A DNA stretch of 32,000 nucleotides from Bacteroidetes bacterium UBA7662 (GTDB lineage: Bacteria > Bacteroidota > Bacteroidia > UBA7662), in assembly GCA_002483345.1 (NCBI GenBank), contig DLHS01000009.1:24060-56059 (forward strand). The letters run 5' to 3'. Positions 8,911 through 16,486 of the stretch are shown here, piece after piece. The notes beneath the pieces were generated by a model. That model did no database searches, was not told the DNA's origin, and worked only from the letters and a program-made list of their open reading frames with translations. Made by a program: the position numbers and the translations under genes. The first letter of the stretch is position 1. Each line of letters begins with the position of its first letter.

Positions 8911-9900
8911 TCAAAAACGAAAAGCTGCAGCAGCAAAGGCAAGTCCGCCGCCGCTACCTATGAGAAAGATAAGGTCTCCCTGTTGAATAGTTCCTTTACG
9001 CGCTGCGATATCGAGTGCCATGGGTATGGCGGCAGAACCCGTATAGCCATGTTTTTGCATGATATAGGTAGCCCTGTCGTGTGGCAGACCCAAAATATCG
9101 AGTGTGGCCCAGATGCTGTTGATGTTAATCTGGGTAATGAAGAAGTGGTTTATTTCTTCGGGGCCTACCCCAATCCGGTTGCAGAGCGACAGTGTCATCT
9201 CACTCCAGTAGGTAGGATTGAGTTCTTTGGGGAATTTGTGAACGAACTTCAGCAGTTGGTCTTGTTGGGCCACTACAGATTCCGTGACGGGCTGTTTGGT
9301 TCCCCCGGCGTATATACCCATCCAGCTGGCATACTGACCCTCGGTACGAAGTTCGCTGGCCAGAAAACCGCGATTTGTATTTGTCTGCGCACTTACCACC
9401 ACTGCCCCCGCGCCATCCGCGAAGAGTGTGACGGTTTTTTTATCGTGCAGATTGAGGTATTTACTCATAGCATAAGCTCCTACCACCAATACGTGCTGAT
9501 AGCGGTTGTCGGCGATGATGTATTTGGAGGCCACATCGAGGGCTGTTACAAATCCGGCGCACGCTGAGTTCAGGTCGAAGGTACCCGCCTTTCGGGCGCC
9601 AAGGCGGTCCTGAAGCACTGCCGCGGTAGCGGGAGAGATGTATTCAGGGGTGTCGGTAGCTACTATTACAAGATCGAGGTCGGTGGCCTTTATACCGGCA
9701 GCTTCAAGTGCTCTGCCGGCTGCCGCTTCACACAAATCTGCCGTTGACTCGTCAGCCGCACACCAGCGTCTTTCCTCTATGTGTACATTTTGTCGCAGCC
9801 AGGTATCGACATCTTCGCCCAGCAAATCGTTGAAATATTGGTTGGTGACTATCCTTTCGGGCACATAGTGACCGGTACCGGTGATGACAGCTTTGCGCAT
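8911..9900 (-). CDS. KAS III (FabH)-like thiolase-fold protein with non-canonical active site (Cys retained, His and Asn replaced)
   Basis: 329 aa and colinear with FabH from end to end (GTGHYVPERIVTN, NSACAGF, C-terminal GGGLAFAAAAFRF). Cys114 (codon 9559-9561) is present. The HQAN motif reads TQIN (Thr256, codon 9133-9135). GNTSAAS reads GYTGSAA (Tyr286, codon 9043-9045). Confidence 0.9.
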   Translation of the reverse strand: MRKAVITGTGHYVPERIVTNQYFNDLLGEDVDTWLRQNVHIEERRWCAADESTADLCEAAAGRALEAAGIKATDLDLVIVATDTPEYISPATAAVLQDRLGARKAGTFDLNSACAGFVTALDVASKYIIADNRYQHVLVVGAYAMSKYLNLHDKKTVTLFADGAGAVVVSAQTNTNRGFLASELRTEGQYASWMGIYAGGTKQPVTESVVAQQDQLLKFVHKFPKELNPTYWSEMTLSLCNRIGVGPEEINHFFITQININSIWATLDILGLPHDRATYIMQKHGYTGSAAIPMALDIAARKGTIQQGDLIFLIGSGGGLAFAAAAFRF

Positions 9901-9907
9901 ACTTAAA

Positions 9908-10651
9908 TCAAAGGCTTAAAGCGCCATCCACACTGATGCAGGTACCGCTGATGTAAGAGGCTTCGTCGGAAGCCAGGAAACAATAAATATTGGCGATGTC
10001 TTCCGGGGTACCGAGACGGTTCAGCGGTGTTTTGGATTTCATCATTTCAATCACCTTTTCCGGCATCGCGGCAACCATATCCGTGGCGATAAATCCGGGT
10101 GCGACGGCATTTACCAGAATGCCCTTTTTGCCAAACTCCCTGGCCCAGGTTTTGGTCATGCCGATCACGCCTGCCTTGGTGGCTACATAGTTGGTCTGAC
10201 CGAAATTACCGTATAAACCAACCACCGAAGAGGTATTGATAATTCGGCCATAACCCTTCTCCACCATAAAAGGTGTGATAGCCTTGGCACAGTTAAATAC
10301 TCCGGTGAGGTTAACATCGATTACCTGCTGCCATTGTTCAGCTGTCATTTTAGCCAGGGTGGCATCACGGGTAATGCCGGCATTGTTTATCAGTATATCG
10401 ATTTGACCGTATTTTTCAACAACTGCGGCAGCGGCAGCTTCAACAGCCGCCAGTTGTGTGGTATTGACCTCCATAAAATCATGTCCCGGACTTATTTTTT
10501 CCGCTTCGGCAAGGGTTTCCTTTCCTTTTTCGGTTTGTAAATCCCAGATAACTACACGGGCCCCTTCCTGCGCGAACTTCAGTACCGCAGCTTTCCCGAT
10601 ACCGCTGGCCCCGCCTGTAATGACTGCCACTCTTCCACTCAATCGATTCAT
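9908..10651 (-). CDS. Classical short-chain dehydrogenase/reductase, FabG-like 3-oxoacyl reductase
   Basis: TGGASGIGKA Rossmann motif, NNAGITRD, and catalytic S...YVATKAG. Start chosen at M45 of the track ORF (ATG 10649-10651, MNRLSGRVAVITGG). The upstream 44 codons look non-coding. Confidence 0.9.
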   Translation of the reverse strand: MNRLSGRVAVITGGASGIGKAAVLKFAQEGARVVIWDLQTEKGKETLAEAEKISPGHDFMEVNTTQLAAVEAAAAAVVEKYGQIDILINNAGITRDATLAKMTAEQWQQVIDVNLTGVFNCAKAITPFMVEKGYGRIINTSSVVGLYGNFGQTNYVATKAGVIGMTKTWAREFGKKGILVNAVAPGFIATDMVAAMPEKVIEMMKSKTPLNRLGTPEDIANIYCFLASDEASYISGTCISVDGALSL

Positions 10652-11056
10652 TTTTTCCGCTTTTACTTGCTCCCTCAAGTTACAGTAAGGGTACAGCTTG
10701 TTGTTTTCGGGAAGCGTTAAGTTAAAGGCCGACTTATAGTATAAAATGCATACAGAATCAATTAAAAAGCTGTAATACAGCAATTTGAGTCATTTTTTAC
10801 AATATCCGACCCTTTTCATCCGAAAACAGCCTGTGCTTTCCGGATAATCCCACCAGGTGTATGATTGCTAAAAAAAATCTGCCCCCGAAAAACAGTCATA
10901 TTTCAATCAGAAGGCAATGCATGGCCATTTTAACATTTCATTTGAAGAAGTTAACCGACCCTTAACGGAAGTCCGTGCAACCTCTGCGCAACTTTGTGCG
11001 TCTGATAAAATGTAACCCAACTTACAAGACCCAACCAGACCCTAAGTACCCACGCC

Positions 11057-11395
11057 ATGAAAAAGTTATTTGCCCTCCTGCTCCTGTCCGCCCTCGGTTT
11101 TCAGACTGCCATTGCAGGTGGCACCCTGCATGCCGAAGATGTCAGTGTTAAAAAAATGTGGTCGAAAATCGAGAAAGACCTTCGGATTCCCGCCAAAGTC
11201 ATCACACTCCATGAGGGAGAGACACCTGAAGTCCACTTTACCCTTGATTCAACCGGAAACATTCAGGTTCTGGAAATTGAAAATGCCACTCCGTTTCTGG
11301 AAAAGCAACTTCGCCGCAGCTTTGAAGATATCCGTGCTGCCGGCAACCCTTTGATGAGCGGTCAACGCTTCTCTATTCAGCTGAAACTACAATAG
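11057..11395 (+). CDS. Small secreted hypothetical protein
   Basis: 112 aa with the signal peptide MKKLFALLLLSALGFQTAIAG. A hairpin and T-run terminator follows. There is a vague resemblance to TonB-C-like small domains, with no firm family call. Confidence 0.6.
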   Translation: MKKLFALLLLSALGFQTAIAGGTLHAEDVSVKKMWSKIEKDLRIPAKVITLHEGETPEVHFTLDSTGNIQVLEIENATPFLEKQLRRSFEDIRAAGNPLMSGQRFSIQLKLQ

Positions 11396-11424
11396 TTTTT
11401 TTTCATAGATCAGATTTCGCTTTG

Positions 11425-11458
11425 GCGGACCAGTCGGGAGATAGGTCCGCTTTTTTTT
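11425..11458 (+). terminator. Rho-independent terminator after the 11057-11395 gene
   Basis: GCGGACC (11425-11431) pairs with GGTCCGC (11444-11450) and is followed by T8 (11451-11458). Confidence 0.6.
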
Positions 11459-11464
11459 GCCATT

Positions 11465-11490
11465 AAAAAACCCCGGCGAAAGCACGGGGT
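11465..11490 (-). terminator. Rho-independent terminator for the minus-strand membrane-protein genes
   Basis: On the minus strand the sequence is ACCCCG-TGCTTTCGC-CGGGGT followed by T6 (plus-strand A6 at 11465-11470). Together with 11425-11458 it forms a back-to-back terminator pair. Confidence 0.55.
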
Positions 11491-11496
11491 AGAAGA

Positions 11497-11580
11497 TTAA
11501 TGTGGTTCCTTGGTGTAATAAGTGAGGGCGAACACAAAGCCACCCAAGGCCAATACTGCAAAAATTATCCAGCCGATCAT
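11497..11580 (-). CDS. Possible 27-aa single-pass membrane peptide
   Basis: ATG to TAA gives MIGWIIFAVLALGGFVFALTYYTKEPH, one clean TM helix placed immediately upstream of a terminator. It is too short to validate from sequence alone. Confidence 0.3.
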   Translation of the reverse strand: MIGWIIFAVLALGGFVFALTYYTKEPH

Positions 11581-11634
11581 AGTTTGAGGTTTACCGCTAA
11601 GGTAAGTCAATAGCCCGGCTTATGCAAGCATGGC

Positions 11635-11990
11635 CTAAACGGCTGCTCTTTTGGTATTCAACCAGCGAAACATATACCAAAACATTACGAGCAACATCAG
11701 CAGGCTTAAGGCAATACCCGCAAAGCTTTTCCCGGCCATTCCAGACAACCCCGGATACACCCCCCACAAACCTGCATATCCCACCAGCACCAGCCAGCGG
11801 GCCATCCACACCCCGCTACCCCGGTAAGTTTGCCGGGTGCCTGCATAAATAAGTACGAAAGCCAGTGGCAGACTGACAAAAAAAAGGGATAGGTTTGAGT
11901 AGCTCCAAACAGGGCACCGGCCTGCAACAGCATACTCAGGCCAAACATCCAAAGACCGGGGGCTTTAAGGTCTAAACCATTTCTGAACAT
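11635..11990 (-). pseudogene. Four-TM integral membrane protein, reading frame broken at an 8-nt homopolymer (or assembly error)
   Basis: ORF 11706-11990 starts with ATG and reads as membrane-like (MFRNGLDLKAPGLWMFGLSMLLQAGALFGATQTYPFF) up to the T8 tract (plus-strand A8 at 11878-11885). After the tract it turns into Cys/Trp/Gly-rich nonsense. ORF 11635-11952 has only a TTG start but is membrane-like after the tract (VSLPLAFVLIYAG...LLMLLVMFWYMF). A 9th T would join the two frames. Confidence 0.5.
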
Positions 11991-12142
11991 AAATCAAGTT
12001 TAGGAGGAGGGGACAATTTTCAAAGCAGAAGGCACAGTCTGCCAGCCCCGAACTGTGGTCGTTTTCCTCAGAATGTGGCATATAGCGCCAGTTAAGCAAC
12101 AGATAATCTTCGTTTCATGCCAGAAAACAGCATTTTTTAAAC

Positions 12143-12158
12143 TGGCACAACCTTTTCA
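12143..12158 (+). promoter_or_regulatory. Candidate sigma-54 (-24/-12) promoter upstream of the PepSY-like gene
   Basis: TGGCAC-aacct-TTTC compared with the consensus TGGCAC-N5-TTGC. Spacing is correct, with one mismatch in the important -12 GC. It lies 37 nt upstream of the ATG at 12195 and next to an NtrC-type activator gene. Confidence 0.3.
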
Positions 12159-12194
12159 ATAGGGTAATCAAACATACACTTAATCATATTTATC

Positions 12195-12515
12195 ATGAAA
12201 AAAGTACTCTTGATTGCCGCCCTGTTTACTGCCACTACAGCGGTTGCTTTTGCGCAGACCGCCCCGGGCATCAACAACGAACCCACCGCACAGCCTGTGT
12301 CGGAAGGCGAGGATAAAAGCAAAAAAATCGAATTCAGCGCGCTTCCTGAAGCCGTTCAAACTGCCTTCAAAGCCAGCACGCACAAAGATTCACCGGTAAA
12401 AGAAGTGTTTGAAGTAACCAAGACGGATGGCAACATTTACAAAATTGTTGTGGACGTCAAGGGTACTGCTACCACTTTGAAATACAACGCCAAAGGCGAA
12501 TTATTGAAAGATTAA
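12195..12515 (+). CDS. Small periplasmic protein, PepSY-like (DUF2874-type) fold suspected
   Basis: 106 aa with the signal peptide MKKVLLIAALFTATTAVAFAQ. The LPEAVQTAFKA...YKIVV...LKYNAKGELL pattern is typical of PepSY-like small beta-lactamase-inhibitor-like repeats. A strong terminator follows. Confidence 0.65.
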   Translation: MKKVLLIAALFTATTAVAFAQTAPGINNEPTAQPVSEGEDKSKKIEFSALPEAVQTAFKASTHKDSPVKEVFEVTKTDGNIYKIVVDVKGTATTLKYNAKGELLKD

Positions 12516-12550
12516 AGCTAGGTATAGCTTTTCATAGGTTTAGTTGGTTA

Positions 12551-12587
12551 ACCCCGCGGCTGTGAAGTAGCGGGGTTTTTTGTTTTT
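12551..12587 (+). terminator. Rho-independent terminator
   Basis: ACCCCGC (12551-12557) pairs with GCGGGGT (12570-12576), followed by TTTTTTGTTTTT. Confidence 0.65.
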
Positions 12588-12632
12588 GGAATTAGACCCG
12601 GCTTTTTTAGGTTAGAGGGACAAAGCCCCGCC

Positions 12633-13988
12633 ATGCCCCGCATACTCCTTGTTGAAGACGACATCCTTTTTTCAGATTTGCTGCAACAATACCTTGTAAA
12701 AAAGGGTTTTGAGGTGGTTTGTGCCGCTACCGGCCGACAGGCGCTCAGGGCGCAGGCGGATAAATCCTTTGAGCTGGCATTACTGGATTACCGGCTACCC
12801 GACACCAATGGGCTGGATTTGTTACGGCAGCTCAGACAATCGGCGCCCGCTATGCCAGTATTGTTAATGACTGCCTATTCCGACATCCGTCTGGCCATTG
12901 AGGCCATGAAAATGGGGGCTTCTGATTATATCATCAAGCCTATCCATCAGGAAGAATTGCTGCACGGTATACAATCTGCCCTGCCTGATGAAAAAAACGC
13001 CCGACCATCGGCAGGTAGCAGTCCTAAGGCGAGCCACCCGGCCTCTTTTGTGAAGGGGCAGTCGGCCAGATCCAGGGAGGTGCAGGAGATGTTAAGCCTG
13101 GTGTCTCCCACACCCATTTCTGTCATTATCCTCGGTGAAAGTGGTACAGGAAAGGAGTATGCAGCAAGGTTTATTCACCAGAACAGCAAAAGATCCGACA
13201 AGCCATTCGTCGCCATTGACTGTGGTGCATTGGGGGAAGAGCTGGCTGCCAGTGAATTATTCGGGCATCTTAAAGGTGCCTTCACAGGGGCTATGACAGA
13301 CAAAACAGGTGTCTTTGAACATGCAAACGGAGGCACGCTCTTCCTCGATGAAATCGGTAATCTTTCCTACGAAATTCAGGTGATGCTGTTGCGCGTCTTA
13401 CAGGAAAAACAACTGAGACGCATAGGAGAACAAAAGCTCAGGCCTGTAGATGTTCGCATCCTGGTGGCTACCAATGAAGACCTGAGAAGTGCCGTTCAGC
13501 GCGGAAATTTCCGGGAGGATTTATACCACCGGCTGAATGAATTTACCATTTCCCTGCCCCCCCTGCGCGAGCGAAAAGATGACTTACCCCTGTTTATCAG
13601 TCATTTTCTGGCTCAGGCCAATGCAGAGCTTGAAAAAAATGTGAGCAGTTTCAGCGGAGAAGTCCTGGAAATGTTTGCCAGGTACGACTGGCCCGGGAAT
13701 TTACGTGAATTCAAAAACATCATTAAACGCTGTGTACTGTTAACCGCTGGAAATGAAGTAGAAAGCCGGGTACTGCCTGATGAAATTAAACATTATCAGC
13801 CTCAGGGCCTTGCTTCGGGAGGCAATAGCAGTGATCTGTACTCCAAAAGGGAAGAGCAGGAAATTCAACTGATACGAGAGGTACTTGAGAAAACCAGGTA
13901 CAATAAAAGCAGGGCGGCGTTGCTACTGAACATCGACCGGAAAACCCTCTATGCCAAACTCAGGAAATACGGACTGGATCAGGATTGA
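12633..13988 (+). CDS. Sigma-54-dependent two-component response regulator (NtrC family)
   Basis: 451 aa. Receiver domain (ILLVEDD...[13 protein letters not shown]...KP), AAA+ domain with Walker A GESGTGKE, the sigma-54 contact loop GAFTGA, Walker B LFLDEI, and a C-terminal Fis-type HTH ([24 protein letters not shown]). Confidence 0.92.
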   Translation: MPRILLVEDDILFSDLLQQYLVKKGFEVVCAATGRQALRAQADKSFELALLDYRLPDTNGLDLLRQLRQSAPAMPVLLMTAYSDIRLAIEAMKMGASDYIIKPIHQEELLHGIQSALPDEKNARPSAGSSPKASHPASFVKGQSARSREVQEMLSLVSPTPISVIILGESGTGKEYAARFIHQNSKRSDKPFVAIDCGALGEELAASELFGHLKGAFTGAMTDKTGVFEHANGGTLFLDEIGNLSYEIQVMLLRVLQEKQLRRIGEQKLRPVDVRILVATNEDLRSAVQRGNFREDLYHRLNEFTISLPPLRERKDDLPLFISHFLAQANAELEKNVSSFSGEVLEMFARYDWPGNLREFKNIIKRCVLLTAGNEVESRVLPDEIKHYQPQGLASGGNSSDLYSKREEQEIQLIREVLEKTRYNKSRAALLLNIDRKTLYAKLRKYGLDQD

Positions 13989-16441
13989 TGCTGCAAAAAA
14001 GTACGGCAAAGCGCCAGTATCTGGTGAAGACGGGCTGTTGCCTGCCAGGGCCATGGTTCGTTGACAGGCAGGGCTTCCATCTCCCGCAGGGAGGGTGAAA
14101 ATGGCAAATCAAAAAGCTGAAGCCGCGTGGCCAGCTGATGAACCCCCTCTTGCAGGCCCCTCCGGTCAGCCGACGAAAGTGCCTGTTCCAATTGACTTAG
14201 CAGGTTCAGGGTATCCTGTTTAAACCGTTGTAAAAACGCCCCTTTGGCAGCAATATCATCCTCCAGAAACCCCGCCATGCGCTCTGTACGAATGAACAGA
14301 TTGGGGAACCGGCGGAGGCTTTCTTCCCGTAGTATGCGATGCAGTTGCTCCGATTCAAAAGGTTTTTCAAGCACCCATATAATTCCTGCCCTCAGGTAAT
14401 TTCTAAAATCCTCCTCCGAAACAGCTGCCGTCATCAGATAAACAGACAGCTTTTCATCTTTAGCCAAAAGCGCGACTGCCAGTGCCGGTCCTTCCATCCC
14501 CGGGAGGCGCCGATCTGTAATGACCAGGTCAAAGTTTTGATTTCCGGCTATTTCAAGCGCCTTTTCAGCCGAAAGGCATGCCTCCAGCAGCGCCACCCTG
14601 GGCTCCAGGAACTGCTGCATCAATTCGATGTTCAGCGGATCATCGTCAACAATCAGCAGCCGTAAGGGGAATTGGGTTTCCGGCAGTTGTTGTTCCGTTT
14701 CCTCGGTTTCCGACATAAACAAGACAGGCAATTCGACGAGAAACGTGCTCCCTTCTCCGGGTTGACTTTCGATGGTCAGTTTCCCGTCCAGCAATGTTAT
14801 CAGCTGACTCACCAGGTGCAGGCCCAGCCCTATCCCTCCTTTTGCCTGATCGGTGGCAGGGTTGTGTTGTTTATAAGCCTCGAAACCAGTCAGATCAGCG
14901 CTATCCATCCCTACTCCTGTATCGATGATCCGGAAAATCAACTGGTCTTCGGATTTATCCACTTCCAGACAAACGCCTCCTGTCCGGGTGAATTTAACCG
15001 CATTATCAAGGAGATTGAATAAGATCTGCCGAAGCCGGTACGGATCAGTTCTGACAGAAAAAGTGTCTGTTAAATTGGATAACAGCTCCCAATGCAGTTG
15101 TTTTTCGGTACAACGCGCCTTGTAAATCTCATCTACTTCGTCTATCAAGCCGGAAAGTGAAAACACCTCCGGCAGCAGCTGCGCTTTTCCAAGCGAGAGC
15201 TGGTTAAACTGCAACAATTGTCCGATTAAAAAGCTGAGTTGACGGGACGACTGTTTGATGAAAGCCAGCCATCTTTTTTGCTTACCGGCAGGCGCAGCAG
15301 CCAACTGTTCTGAAAACCCGGCAATCGCCTGCAGTGGTGTTCTCAACTCATGGGAAATCCTTGACAATAACTCCTGACGGGCTTTTACCAGATCAGCCAC
15401 TTTTTTCTGTTCAGCATCCAGCATTTTCTGCTGTTCGGCCGATAACCTTAATAATTTGCGGAGATAAAGCATCAAAATCAAGCCTAAAGCCAGTCCGCAG
15501 GCACTGATCAGCGCGAGCATATTGGCCGCACTACGGGCAAGTTTGAGGGCTTGTGTGGCTCTTTTTTGCTGCTCATTCAAAAACTGGCGTTCCAGCACTT
15601 CCGTCAATCGGTTGAGTTGCATCTGAAGCAACTGACCGCTCTCCCGCAGTGATATCTCCCTTTTCTGCACGCCTGATAATAATTGGCTGTTATAGCGTCG
15701 GGCTTCCTCCAGCAGTGCCCTTACTTCGGCACGCCGGTCGGCCTGCAGGGGTTCTATTTGTAACACACTGTCTGTCAGGATTACCTCTTCCTGGCTTCCG
15801 GCCGTTGTTGTATTTCTTTTTTTACCACCAAAGAAGTCTTTGAACTGTTGCAGCAAATTCCGTTTCCCCTGCTCATCGGGTAAAACATCGTCTGTGGCTA
15901 CGGGCACCTGTCGGCGTTGTATGTACCGGTCAAGCCGGATGAGAATGGTGGAATCATACCTGCCGGCGAGCACATCTTCCACTTCATTGAGCAGGGATTC
16001 CGGCATGGTAGCATCGGCCTGCGCCTCTTTGAGCCGTAGCAGGGTGCTCAACTGTTTGGTCCTTGCCGCTATCAGATAACCCATGCTATCGATAAGCATG
16101 AGGGCAGCCGTATCCGAAACCTGCATTTTTAAAGACTCCAGGTGTGTAGTCAGTCTTTTTTCACTCTCCTTAAGTTGTGCAGAAAACGGTTTATTCTTTT
16201 CCTGACCACTGAACCGGGAGGCGGTTTCCAAAGCAAGTATATCCTCCCGCAGCGCCCGTAAAATCTGTAGTTCACTGCTTTCTACTTCGAGGGAGACAAT
16301 CGCACGCTGGAGGGTGATAAACCGGTTAATACCAATACCCCCGATGACCAGGATGAGTAGCAAGGTAAAAAACAACCATCCCGCCACGGCATTCCATAGC
16401 GTAGACAATAAGTCTCTGAAGCCCCTGGTAGAATTCCGCAT
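13979..16441 (-). CDS. Hybrid sensor histidine kinase (two TM helices, coiled-coil sensor, HisKA-HATPase-REC, C-terminal Hpt-like segment)
   Basis: 820 aa. TM helices WLFFTLLLILVIGGIG and MLALISACGLALGLILMLYL flank about 280 aa of heptad-rich sequence. H-box SHELRTPLQAI, with DNAVKFT, DTGVGM and GGIGLGL, and receiver LLIVDDD...LVITDRRLPGMEG. The last 100 aa or so contain GVHQLATRLQLF, which resembles an Hpt His motif. Confidence 0.9.
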   Translation of the reverse strand: MRNSTRGFRDLLSTLWNAVAGWLFFTLLLILVIGGIGINRFITLQRAIVSLEVESSELQILRALREDILALETASRFSGQEKNKPFSAQLKESEKRLTTHLESLKMQVSDTAALMLIDSMGYLIAARTKQLSTLLRLKEAQADATMPESLLNEVEDVLAGRYDSTILIRLDRYIQRRQVPVATDDVLPDEQGKRNLLQQFKDFFGGKKRNTTTAGSQEEVILTDSVLQIEPLQADRRAEVRALLEEARRYNSQLLSGVQKREISLRESGQLLQMQLNRLTEVLERQFLNEQQKRATQALKLARSAANMLALISACGLALGLILMLYLRKLLRLSAEQQKMLDAEQKKVADLVKARQELLSRISHELRTPLQAIAGFSEQLAAAPAGKQKRWLAFIKQSSRQLSFLIGQLLQFNQLSLGKAQLLPEVFSLSGLIDEVDEIYKARCTEKQLHWELLSNLTDTFSVRTDPYRLRQILFNLLDNAVKFTRTGGVCLEVDKSEDQLIFRIIDTGVGMDSADLTGFEAYKQHNPATDQAKGGIGLGLHLVSQLITLLDGKLTIESQPGEGSTFLVELPVLFMSETEETEQQLPETQFPLRLLIVDDDPLNIELMQQFLEPRVALLEACLSAEKALEIAGNQNFDLVITDRRLPGMEGPALAVALLAKDEKLSVYLMTAAVSEEDFRNYLRAGIIWVLEKPFESEQLHRILREESLRRFPNLFIRTERMAGFLEDDIAAKGAFLQRFKQDTLNLLSQLEQALSSADRRGLQEGVHQLATRLQLFDLPFSPSLREMEALPVNEPWPWQATARLHQILALCRTFLQHQS

Positions 16442-16486
16442 ACCTCAAGATATGGGTTGAGGCCGAAAAACCGGCTGAATTACCTC

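Noticed and set aside
4873-10651. OleABCD-like olefin or beta-lactone cluster: thiolase-fold, alpha/beta hydrolase, AMP-ligase and reductase are all present.
   Set aside because: The composition is only superficially similar. The hydrolase has a Ser elbow (GHSLGG) rather than the Asp nucleophile of the haloalkane-dehalogenase-like OleB. The reductase is a classical 247-aa FabG-type SDR, not the extended OleD type. The thiolase-fold protein lacks the His and Asn that OleA retains. A symporter is embedded in the cluster. I kept it as an unknown pathway instead.
7836-10783. Longer versions of three ORFs from the track: 7836-8942, 9908-10783 and 18075-21788.
   Set aside because: The N-terminal extensions overlap the upstream gene (8942) or add non-domain sequence ahead of a canonical Rossmann start (10783). 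The 21788 start is a TTG buried inside the terminator hairpin. Internal ATG starts fit better.
11706-11990. The 94-aa ORF taken at face value as an intact Cys/Trp-rich small protein.
   Set aside because: Its character changes exactly at the T8 tract, and the alternative frame continues as membrane helices. A frameshift is the simpler explanation.
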